A DNA stretch of 64,000 nt from Sphaerodactylus townsendi (lineage: Eukaryota): NCBI RefSeq assembly GCF_021028975.2, contig NC_059428.1:49414001-49478000 (forward strand), in the 5' to 3' direction. The notes beneath the pieces were generated by a model, which was not told the origin of the DNA, made no database searches, and saw only the letters and a list, made by a program, of their open reading frames with translations. This document shows, one piece after another, positions 40,652-52,214 of this stretch; the first letter of the stretch is position 1; each line of letters starts with the position of its first letter. The translations under genes and the position numbers were made by a program.

Positions 40652-43600
40652 TCACATTGTAACCCTACCCTTCATACCCTACCTTCTGGAAACATGGATT
40701 CTATATGATTTTTCATACAATATATATATTTAATAAAAGCTAACAGCCATATGTGTGGAGCAGAGGTCCAAGCTAAAAACAGGCCAACTCTGCAAAAGGA
40801 GATCTGCCAGCACACCAATGAAAGAGTTAATTCACTCAGCACCTTCAAAGGCCTCATGGACTGTATCTTGAATACCACACCTTGCCATGGCTGCAGCTAT
40901 GCAAATGATACAAAATACCTTGCCCTAAGATTGTAGTATCTCTTTGCCTCTAGAAACCATAAACATTTACCATCGTTCCTTCCCTGATACCAGATCCTAT
41001 ATTTCCTCTACCTCTAGATACGATCTCCCTAACAATCAATCCCTTCCTGATCCAATCAAAGCCTCAGCCAAATTGAATACCTGAGCAGAAACACCAAGGA
41101 GTTACTCTGCATAAAGCCTTTCAGAGCTCCTGATGTAATCAAGAAACAATTGACTCTATTATCCTGGGACTTAGAAACAATAGATGAGCCCTTAATTAGC
41201 TCAGCCTTGCAATCCCAGCATGAAAATCCAGGAATAGAAACTTACTTTAAAATACAGGAATAAAAACTTACTAGCTCCTGCCCCAAACTGCTCACAGGAG
41301 CATAAAAATACAGTTCACCCCAAGTTCTTGCTGGCTCTCTACTCTAGCGCTACCTGGCTAGCTAGCCAGCTCCTAGCGAGCTCGCTGGCTTGCTCCAGCT
41401 CCTTATTAGAAGTTGGTTCTCAGTGCTGGTTCTTAATGCTGGCTCAAGTTCTCAATGCTGACTCCAGCGGCTGCTGGCTCCAGCTGCTGCTGGCCCCCAC
41501 TCTCCATGCTGTCATAGGAATCCATGCCTTCTTCAGCTGACTTTAGGTAACGTTTAAGTCCCCTGCTCTCCCTCCCAACCTATCATCCAAACCTATCTTT
41601 TTTCTCCCTGCTTATATCACTTAGGAACTATGTGTATGCTTCTTCATGTCTTACTGTGTGATTGTTTGCAACCAAAATTTATGTAAAAATATTTAAAACT
41701 ACAATTTGGTCTCTTTTGCATTCTCTGTAGAACGTTTCACAAACCAATTCTGGTATAGCTGTCTAAAAGATCCCACCTAGCGTGCCTCTCACACTGCCAA
41801 GTTGAGTTATTTTCCCCACTGCTACTTTTAAAAGGTTTTCATACTGTTAAGCTAGGTAACAGATTTGGTGGAGAATGCGGGGAAGACCAGTTTTGCCAAA
41901 AGGAGTAAGTGGATGCACAACTCCGCTGGGAAACTTCTTCACTATGCAATTTCAAACAAAAAGATTCATTAGTACATGAGAAAGAGAAGAAGGGATGTTG
42001 GAGTCATGATGATGATCTCTGCTTGGCTTCCAATCCAAGATCCAGGTCTCCAGTTAAAATGGTACCAGATAGTGAGTGATATAAAAAAACCTGTATCTGA
42101 AATTCTGAAATGCTGCTACCACTCAAGAGTAGACAGTACTTACCTGTAATCTGACTCAGTGTAAGACAACTTCATGCGAGTTCATGTGTATTGGGAACAA
42201 AGTATTTTTAAGCACGGTTTATATAGAGAACTACAGCATAATTCCTTTAAAGCACAGTAGGTGCCTAAGAAACAACAAATGAAGTACGTAACCATCAACA
42301 ATGATTTGATTACCACGCAACCCAGAAAATAATTATGTCTTTCTTCATGCCTGGCACACTTATTCTTCACTTGCAGCAGAATAAGCAACTCAAAAATAAT
42401 GCATTTTAATCAAGAGTTATACTTTACACAAATAACATTTCAATCACAATATTTAAATTGTCCTGGAAACAATTCTTGAACTCATGCATAAAAGAAAATA
42501 TCAATTTCGAGAACTTCCACTCCAATCTCCAAGTGTGATAATTGCTTCCAAAGATTCAAATATCATATTGACTTGAACCATTCTTCCCCTCACACTAGAA
42601 AAAATACTTTCTAGTGTATAGTTTGAACTTCCACTAAATTCACCGTGTAGCAATTTCTTCCCAAGATTCAAATATTATACCAACTTGAATCATTCCTCCT
42701 CTTGCACTAAAAATAATATATTTCCTGTACCTCTATCTGAATTAAAGTTTTCCTGTAAAACTGACACTCCATGTAGCTTCCTGAGACTGGAAGTCCAATC
42801 GAAGGGGGGGGAGTAGATTGGCAGGTGGGGACAGCACCACAACAGCATACCCATAATGAATGGGGTTTCCGGTGGTACAAGAAAGGGGTTGGGGGAGGGA
42901 AAAAACACAGCCACCTGAAAATCCCATTAAGAAGACCAACTTCCATCACATTTTTTGCTGATGTAAGTTGGCTGCTGGCACAGAGAGTATTTCCAGGCTG
43001 AAATTCCTTTCGGTTGGCTCCATCCATGGAAACACTCCCCTGGAAAGCCAGCATTGCCTCCTGTAGTAGAGGAATTATGGCATGGAATACCATTTCTGGG
43101 TTCCTCTGGTACGGCACCCCACTGCTGAGGTAAATCTCTGTACCAGTATCTGTGCCATTTTGCACAGTGATGGTGGCAAAAACATCAGCACAACCCTTCT
43201 TCCAATGTGACTTCAGCCGAACCCCCCTTTTGGGTTGCACAATGACAATGAATGTACATGTAGTAAACTAAATAAACATTCCATAATTTTCCTCAATTAC
43301 CAAAGCCAAGCAAGATTAAATTGATGCTATTTCAAAAAACATTCAATTCAGCATCAAAGATGACATTTGAAACAACTTCCGTAATCACCCCCAAAGGCTA
43401 TGCAAACTAATTAACCTTTTTTGCATGTTCAATGCTTAAAAAAAAAAAACCTTGCACCTCACATTCATTTCTTTCCACAGTTGTACTTATAGACAAGCTG
43501 CATGACATGATAAGTCTCCATATTTCAATTTGTTGAAGTTAATACCTGAGCTGACACTGTCATCACAGTGGTAACTGTGTACCCAGAAGGAATAATAAAG

Positions 43601-43768
43601 TGAGCAATGTAGAAACTGAGCAATTTACTTCTTTTTTTGAGAAATATCCTTGGGCTCTTTTGCAGCTGCACTGGTTACAGTAGCATATAACATTGAACTC
43701 AGTTGGAGAGTTGGCACATGAGATCTCAAGCCCTCAGTTAAGTATTTGCCTGCATTACCTCAAAATTA

Positions 43769-44266
<498 letters not shown>

Positions 44267-44721
44267 TTATCAGTTTAATTATACGCACGTTTAACTTAGA
44301 CGTAAATGTGAAATGAATGGAATTAAACAAGCATGGCCATGATCACAAGCTATTCTGAGTCTGCTCCAATGAACTAATATAACTTACTTCTAGGTAAGCA
44401 TAAAGTCAGGCTGCCTGGCCATAATCTTTAAACATAGCTAACTGGAATGGACTTCACCGATGTCTACTTTAGGACTGAAGTGCATTTTATGCAAGCAAAA
44501 CAAAATGATCAAATATACAAAAAAGAAAAAACACCAGGAAAACCATTATAGAATATATTACCTCCAAATATTATGCATGAAGGGCAAAAGGTGTGCAGAA
44601 TATTGCACTGTCTAGCAAAATACAAAATAACCTGAAGATCACTGTTGCAAGTTCTACTGACTTCCAAGGAACTTTGTTTTCAAGCAGCTAAGTCACAGGA
44701 TTCGTGGAACTTGCTCATACT

Positions 44722-46680
44722 GAAACACTGGATTACTCACCATGAAGATTCCTTCTGCTCTGCAGTAAGGAAAGCATTTTCAGAGTGTGGGTTATCCCCG
44801 CCCTTTCCTTTGGGATGCAGGTTTAAACTTTTGAATATTGGTACCCTACTGGTCGTGTAGCTCAGTTTAAAAACTTTATGAGCCAGAGAACCTCAAGGTA
44901 ATAGAACTAGAACAACATAGCAATATATAAGGTATGAACACATAAACAGTTGAACATTATGAAAAAAGACATCCAGAAAGGAAAAAAACAAATAACTACT
45001 GTGAAATAGGATGGGAAAAGAGGAAAACTTAGTGATGACCTTCTTCACTTTGACCTTCCTAGGTGGAACAGTGAATAAGGAACTTCCTATATTTCTTCAT
45101 ACTTGAACTTCTTTGCTGCAGTCCAGTGAAAAACAATCGAACTCTGGGTGGGCAAGATGTCCTCTTTACATCAGAGCAGTAGCAACCTTTATGGTGAGTA
45201 ATCCAAGGTTCCATTCTGTCTCTGAGGAGGACACCTTCAGAGTGTGGGGCATCCAAAATCTGCTTTTCAGTGTGACTTTGGGAGAGAAGTTTCTTCACCC
45301 ACCACTTACTGTAACACTCTGCAACCAAAGGCCGTGCCCGCAGATGTCGGAGTATTTAACTTGTAGTACTTAACGAAAATAGACACTGATGCCCAGGTAG
45401 CCACCTTGCAAATCTCCTCCACTGGTAACTGAGAGTCCAAGGCTGCATTCGTGCCCGCGCTTTGAAGAGAATGAGTGATGATGCTCCTGGTGGTGGAATT
45501 TGACAGACTATATAAGCCTAACATATGAACTGAATGATGGTGTAACTGACAGCAGTCCTTTATATTCTTTTTCCTCTGTTTGGGGCTGATAGTGAAATGA
45601 AGAGAAAATCTGATAGAAGATGTACCCTCTTGTATATTCTGAAGGCTATCTGTAGGTTGAGTGTATGCCAGGATATTTCCTTCTGATGTTTTGAGTTGGG
45701 ACAAAACAAGAGATGAATCTCTTGTGCCCTATGGAAAGAAGAATTTACTTTCAGGATGAACCCTGGGTCTGGTCGCAGAAACACTTTGTCCTTGTGGAAA
45801 ATTAGAAACCTCTTTCTTGTGGAAAGCAACCCTAGTTTGGAGACTCTTCAGGTTGATGTGACTGCCATGAGGAAGAGAACTTTCATCTGCAGCCACTTCA
45901 GCAACACCTTTCTCAGTGGTTTAAAGGTGGCTTAGTGAGAGCTGTTAATAATTAACTACATGAAGCCACCAGGTGGGAACCTGTGGTCTACTGGTGGGTT
46001 AGACAGACTGAGTCCTTTGAGGAAGGAGAGGATTTGTGGATGTCTGGAAGTGAGAACCCCAGCTATGGAAGGGATGACTGTTGAGATAACCACCACTTGC
46101 AGCCTTAGAACAGAGGCCTTAATTTATTGTCTGACCTCTTCCTGTAGGAGCCCAAGCTGCCCCACTTTCTTACAGCAATATCATCTATGGAAAGCTTTCA
46201 AGGGGCATTATAAACTCTTTGAGTAGATGGTTTTCTGAAAGCAATCATTGTCTCTTTGATCTCTGGTTCGGATCCACAGTCTTTAGCCTGTTCCTTTCAA
46301 TAACCACATGGTCAGCCAAAACCATTCTGGTCCCCAGCAAAGGAGGTTCTGGGCTGGTGAAAGTCTCCATGGTTCCTGAACTGAGAACTCCACCAAGGAT
46401 GCCAACCAGTGTCTCCATGGCCACTTGGAAGGTATTAGAAAGACTCATTCCTTATTTTTCTGAGCATCTTGAGGATAACAGGTAACAGCGGAAAGGAATA
46501 TAGCAGAAAGGCATACTGAAGACGAATGGTAGCAGATTATTCAGGTTTGATGCAAAAAGGTCCAGAGCCCAGCACTTCTAAAGACAATGGAGCCCTACTA
46601 ATAGCCAAAGATCTACAACTGATTTAAGGGGAATGCCGAAGTAGTACTCAAAAGTGATATATACTTGAGAGACCCCTTCT
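44722..46680 (-). mobile_element. Decayed DIRS1-like tyrosine-recombinase retrotransposon (3' part) in RIOX2 intron 1
   Basis: LLYSFPLLPVILKMLRKIR (methyltransferase-like region), FLIFHKDKVFLRPDPGFILKVNSSFHRAQEI and THSLQS...VEEICKVATWASVSIFVKYYKL (YR motifs); terminal/ICR inverted match 44729-44770 vs 45165-45206. Confidence 0.85.
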
Positions 46681-47614
46681 CCCAAAAAAGCTGTTCCTAG
46701 AATGGGGAGTCCACACAGATCCTCTTTACTAAATGACAGCAACAGGTCTGAGAAGCCACCGAGCCACCACAGTTCAACTTCATTACAAACACAACTCATG
46801 ACAAGATGGCAGTTCACATGTTCATTGCAAAACACCAGACTGTAAGATAGACCTGAGCAATGTGCATACTTGTTGGCAACAGAGTTAACTGGGTTACTGC
46901 TGTACATGGTGTGTTTTTCAAGGTTAACCATTTAAATTTCTAAGAGAGGCTGTCTGGGGTTTAAAAAAACAGAATTATGTCTCAGCAGGGTCACCTCAGT
47001 TCTTCAAACCTTTGTTATCAATATCATGTATGTTGGCCCTGAGATAAACCTTTTTAAAATGCTGGTCTATCTGACTCCTTTTGATCCCATTGCATGTTTT
47101 ATGGCAATGATAACAGCCTAACATCCTCAACTAACCTTCCCACTCACTCTCTTCGGGAGAAGCGCTGCTTGTTGTTAATGGCTGGTTTCGCCACAGAGGA
47201 TGTGTTAATGCTGCCATCATGTAAAGCATTTTGAGATTTTTAAAAAAGGAGCTCAAAGATGCTGTGCAATGTCCCCGTCATGCATTCGGCAACCCCTGCA
47301 ACCCCCTGGGCAAGGAAGGTAATGTATAAAACATTATTTCCCTTTCCTGCCTGCTACATCTTTGACTAAATATTTTAACAGGCACCACTTTATGCTCCCT
47401 TCCTTTCCTGGTCAAAACCAATTTAGGATAACAACACTGAGAGAAAACTGGCAAATGAACAATGGCTGTGAGGGAGGATAGGTTTTATGTTACATACATT
47501 TGAGAATTACCTGATTAGAATATCAACAAGGAGAAGAAACTGGAGAGCTGAAAATGGAATGCTCTTGATTGGTAAGAACCTTCATTTTCTATAGAAAATT
47601 GGCAATTTCAAATA

Positions 47615-47900
47615 AGGGTTTGGATTTATATTCCCCCTTTCTCTCCTGCAAGGAGACTCAAAGGGGTTTACTTTTCCCTCCCCTCCCCCCAACAAACACC
47701 CTGTGAAGTAGGTGGTACTGAGAGAGCTCAGAAGAACTGTGACTAGCCCAGGGTCACCCAGCTGGTGTGTGTTGGAGCGCACAGGCTACCATCCAGTTCC
47801 CCAGATAAGACTTCACAGCTCAAGTGGCAGAGCAGGGAATCAAACCCGGTTCTCCAGATTAGAGTGCACCTGTTCTTAACCACTATGCCACTGCTGCTCT
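47615..47900 (-). mobile_element. tRNA-derived squamate SINE
   Basis: Minus strand box A tggcatagtggtt and box B gggtttgattccc; related copies at ~51520-51790 and ~52250-52400. Confidence 0.8.
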
Positions 47901-48759
47901 CAAATAAGAACCAACTTCAGAAAGGGACATTAATTCCTTAGCATGAATTCAGAGTGTTCAAAGTGGTACATTACATTAGTGGCACAACTCTGTAAAATTG
48001 TAGACAGCAGGCTGAGGTTTGAGAGTGAATGCCTGCATACACTCAGTTAGTGACATCACAGATGAATTGTGATTTGAACTGAAAATAAAGAGCCCTTTTT
48101 GCATTCCCAGAGCTATGCACTCTGTTCCACAGAAAGCTAATAGTTCGGTCAGTTGAGAAAGTTGTATGCATCTGCATTAGGATATACTCCCGAACAAATA
48201 TGAGAATTATCATTCATTTTTATGCAGTGCCTTTATCAAAGCCATTATTTTGTGCATTATTGAACATGGTACATTGATACAAGAGCATCTATACCAGAAT
48301 GTATTTTTATTTTCAAACAGATGTGGGGAGCAGGGCTAGGTAGGCACTAGGACCCAGGCAGAGCAAAGAAGGTCTGGAATGCTTTGTTCTGTGCCAGAAG
48401 AACAAGTACCCTATTATCATCTTTGTGCAGAACAGAGTATAACTTGAAATATCTGTAAATAACCTAGTCAGAGTGTGTCAGGCCTGTTCTCCTGAGACAA
48501 AACCTAGGAGGGTACACTGAATACAGGGAAAGGGCCAATGAGTGTTATCTGTTGAATGTCTGCAAGAAACCTACATGCTTGCAGCTGAAAATATATAAAG
48601 TGCTCTATCTCCCTGTAACACGAATCCTTAGTAGACAGCCAGCATGAAATAGCGGTCAGTGTGTCAAACTAGGACCCAAGAGACTCTGCCTTGGGTGATC
48701 TTGGGCCAGACACTGTCTCTCAGCATGGCCTACTTTACCCTGACCTGGAGCACATTCTT

Positions 48760-49480
48760 GAAAAGAGCCCAGCGCTGCTCATCGGAAGAGCTAAAGACTC
48801 CTCGCTCTTACTGGGTGCTGGGCCGTCTAAGTGGAAGCCAATCGGGCAAGCCCAAGTATGTGCAAACCTATCAAGGAACCAGCGGTGCAAAAAATGAAAG
48901 GCGCATAAAAACGAGAAAGCTCATAAAAAAGGAATGAGTTTTAAGAGCAAGTTAGGAAAGTGGGGGTTTAGAGGCCTCTAAAAGCACGGTGCAGTGGCAG
49001 AAGGAGGATCTGCATTAGTCCAGCCGAGTGACTCCAAGACGCAGTTATCAGCGTGAGCTACCGGGCCTTGGGTGGGCAGAGGACGCACCTAAGCAGCGTG
49101 GCCGCCCCATAAAAGCCGGGAGACGCCTCGTGGCGTGGACAGGCGTGGTTCTCCTCGGCAGCCCGCGAGGGTCCCTCCCGTGCTCTCCATACAGACCTGC
49201 CGGAGCTCAGCCAGGAATCGACACGTGGGCTGCTGTGTGAGCAAAACCGGCGAGCTCAGTCCTTCCTCCCAGGCGGGGAAACAATGTGCGGGAGGTGGGA
49301 CTGAACCTCTTCTTCTACCAATCAGCGACGCGCTTGGAGACTTGTTGCTCGTCCGCCGCCTATCGGAGGGGCCCAGCGGAATGGGCGTGGCGCGGAGACT
49401 GCGCTTGGGTTGGGTCGCCTCAGGCAGGGGAAGCTCGATGAGTGAGGCATAAGAAAGCTCTCTGGTGCCAGTTCCGCCTT
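48760..49480 (-). promoter_or_regulatory. RIOX2: CpG island / probable RIOX2 promoter and non-coding exon 1
   Basis: Dense non-repeat CpGs; CCAAT 49318-49322, GC-box GGGCGTGGC ~49383, E2F-like TTTCCCCGCC (- strand) ~49272-49281, E-box CACGTG 49222-49227; candidate minus-strand donors AG|gtgcgt (49089) and AG|gtctgt (~49197). Confidence 0.75.
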
Positions 49481-49565
49481 TGCCTCTTGTGCAGCTGTTT
49501 GAAAAATATAAAAATCCTGGAAGGGGTTAAGGTGGCAAAACTGGCGTGGGAGGTAGAGCAGTTAT

Positions 49566-52214
49566 CATGGCCGTAGGGGGGGGGGGGTTCTCGCGTTTGA
49601 AACCCACCCCCCTTCATGTCCGAAGCTCTGCCCCTCCGTTTGTGGGTTTTTAAAACATTTTAGTGCTTTTTCGGTTTTTGGTCTGCAGGGGGCGCATTGT
49701 TTGAGCTATCAGTACCAAACTTTCAGGGATTGTTTGGGGGACTCTCCTGATAATACTACCCAGGTTTGGTGAGATTTGGTCCAGGGGGTCCAAAGTTATG
49801 GACTCCCAAAGGGGGTGCCCCCATCCTCCATTGTTTCCAATGGGATCTAATAGAAGATGGGGCTACACCTTTGAGGGTCCATAACTTTGGACCCCCTGAA
49901 CTAAACTTCACCAAACCTGGGATGTATTATCAGGAGAGTCTCTTATTGATACCACCCAGGTTTTGTGAAGTTTGGTCCAGGGGGTCCAAAGCTATGGACT
50001 CCCAAAGGGAGTGCCCGCATCCCCCATTGTTTCCAATGGGAGCTAATAGGAGATGGGGCTACACCTTTGAGGGTCCATAACTTTGGACCCCCTGAACCAA
50101 ACTTCACCAAACCTGGGTGGTATCATTAGGAGAGACTCCTAAAGATACCCTGAAAGTTTGGTGCTTCTAGCTTAACCATCGCACCCCTGACAGCAGGCAC
50201 CCCCCCAAATTTCCCCAGCCACAGCCATGAGATCTCAGAGTGATCCCTGCATCCTGTGCATGGCAGCATCCATTTTGTAGGGTCTGTAGATTGTTTGTAG
50301 GTTGTGCTTCTTCATCAGCTCTTTCCTATGCCACTGTGTATTCCTGATGTACAGTAAGAACACTTTCCTCTGATGGCTCTTACCTGCTCATGGTTGGTTC
50401 CCAGTCTTGGAAGTCTCTGATTTATGGGTATTAGAACGACATAGTCATATTCCGCTTAGGTGATCTAATTCATCTTGTAGGAGGCAGAGGTTCTAGATTC
50501 TGTTTATGTTATGTACCAGTTGTTTTTATGGTGTCTTTTTGCCCTGGGATGGTGATTATTGAGTCAAACCAGCTCCACACAAAACACAGGATGACCATAG
50601 ACAAAAAAAGAAACAGGCCAGGATACTTTCTATTCATGCTCACCACAGTTAATCCCCACAGGGTTACCTAAGCCATAGTCTTCATTGTTACTACTTTGGC
50701 CTAGGATGCCTCAATTAGACTTGGTTTTGAGCACTGGCAGATGGGGCCTTCCACCACCCGGACATACCCCACACCACAGATATATACTCCACGGTTTTTC
50801 CAAGATTAGATCCTCTAAAGATGCTAAACAGGAGCGGTAGCTGTAAACGCCAGGACTGCCAGAACACGCCATACAGCCCGAAACCAACTTTCACAGCACT
50901 CAAGTGATTCCGCCTGTGAAAGCCTTCGACAACAGTTCTGCCTCTGTTTGTAGTTTTAAAACATTTTAGTGCTTTTTCGGTTTTGGCCCAGGAAGCATTG
51001 TTTGAGCTATCAGCACCAAATCTTCAGGGATTGTTTAATTCCTCCTGATAATACTACCCAGGTTTGGTGAGATTTGAATTAAAACCATAAAGAAGTGACC
51101 CTATAAGTTCTAACCTATTGTCAAGGGGACGTATAGTGATGGGCTAACTTTGGAGGGTCCATAACTTTAACCTCTTGTCCAAACTTCACCAAACCTGGGA
51201 TGTATTATCAGGAGTCTCTTATGGATACCACCCAGGTTTTTGTGAAGTTTGGTCCAGGGGTCCAAAGCCATGCACTCCCAAAGGAGTGCCAGACCCCAGT
51301 CAGCCTGGAGCACAGGAGATGGGGCTACACCCTGAGGGCTCATAACTGGACCCCTGAACCAAACTTCAATTAAATCCTGTGAACATTAGAGAGACCTTAA
51401 AGATACCTGAAAGTTTGGTGCTTCTAGCTGAACTATCACACCCCTGACAGGCACTTCACTTGAAAGATTCTCCTCAAACTAAATCTTTCCAGCATGATTT
51501 AAAAGAAACTATGTCCAGTTTAGAAGAAGAAGAAGAGTTTGGATTTATATCCTTCTGTAGGAGACTCAAAGGAGCTTTACAATCTCCTTTGCCCTGTTCC
51601 CTACAACAAACACCCTGTGAGGTGGCTGAGATATTCTCAAAAGGACACCTAAGGCCACCCAGCTGGCATGTGTGGGATGCACAGGCTAATTGGAATTCCC
51701 CCAGATAAGCCTCCATTGTGCCATGAAAGAACCAAACCCGGTTCCTCCAGGATTAGAATGCACCTGCCTTTCAACACTCACGCCACATTTAAAGATGTCA
51801 TCAGGGATAATCCATCTCTAAACAGACTGCACTTCTAATAAAGAGCGATCCAGGTCCAGATTCTCCTTTAAGGACAAAAGGAGAATTTGGGCTCAGCCAA
51901 ACACTTTTAAAGCATGCCGTTTGGGGTGGATTCCAGCATCACAGTGGCCTGTGGGGACTTCCAGATTTCCGGCACCACCCCATTCTTCCTCTATGCCTGC
52001 CCAGAAGGGAGGGTGGGTAGAAGAATTGCCAGTTGCTGCCAGGAGCCCAGCTGGTGGGTGGAGGAAGGAAGGGAGGCCTGCCGCCTCTGCCTTGGGAGTT
52101 AAGTGAGAGGCAGGCCAGGGGTACTTGGGAGGCGGGAGCCATGCCTTAGGTGGGAATGTGCCCCCCAACACACTCCCTGGCTAAAAAAAAAAAAAAATTT
52201 ATACCCACGTCCTG
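49566..52214. mobile_element. Nested-palindrome DNA element related to 22618-23956 (inverted), interrupted by Penelope and SINE sequence and partly duplicated
   Basis: 49660-50220 is the reverse complement of ~23300-23880; degraded second copy 50938-51450; aaggagaat.tggg subrepeats at ~51850-51945. Boundaries uncertain. Confidence 0.65.
50230..50935 (-). mobile_element. Penelope-like element fragment (ORF remnant plus inverted pLTR)
   Basis: Minus strand RGKVFL.YI...LMKKHNLQTIYRP; pLTR gtgattccg..gtgaaagccttcgacaa at ~50900-50932 on +. Confidence 0.72.

Noticed and set aside
42707-43240. 177-aa ORF, the longest in the track, inside a RIOX2 intron
   Set aside because: No recognisable domain, non-ATG start and repeat-like GC-rich sequence; most likely a chance ORF.
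47820-47900. tRNA gene
   Set aside because: Only A/B boxes at the head of a multi-copy SINE; no cloverleaf.
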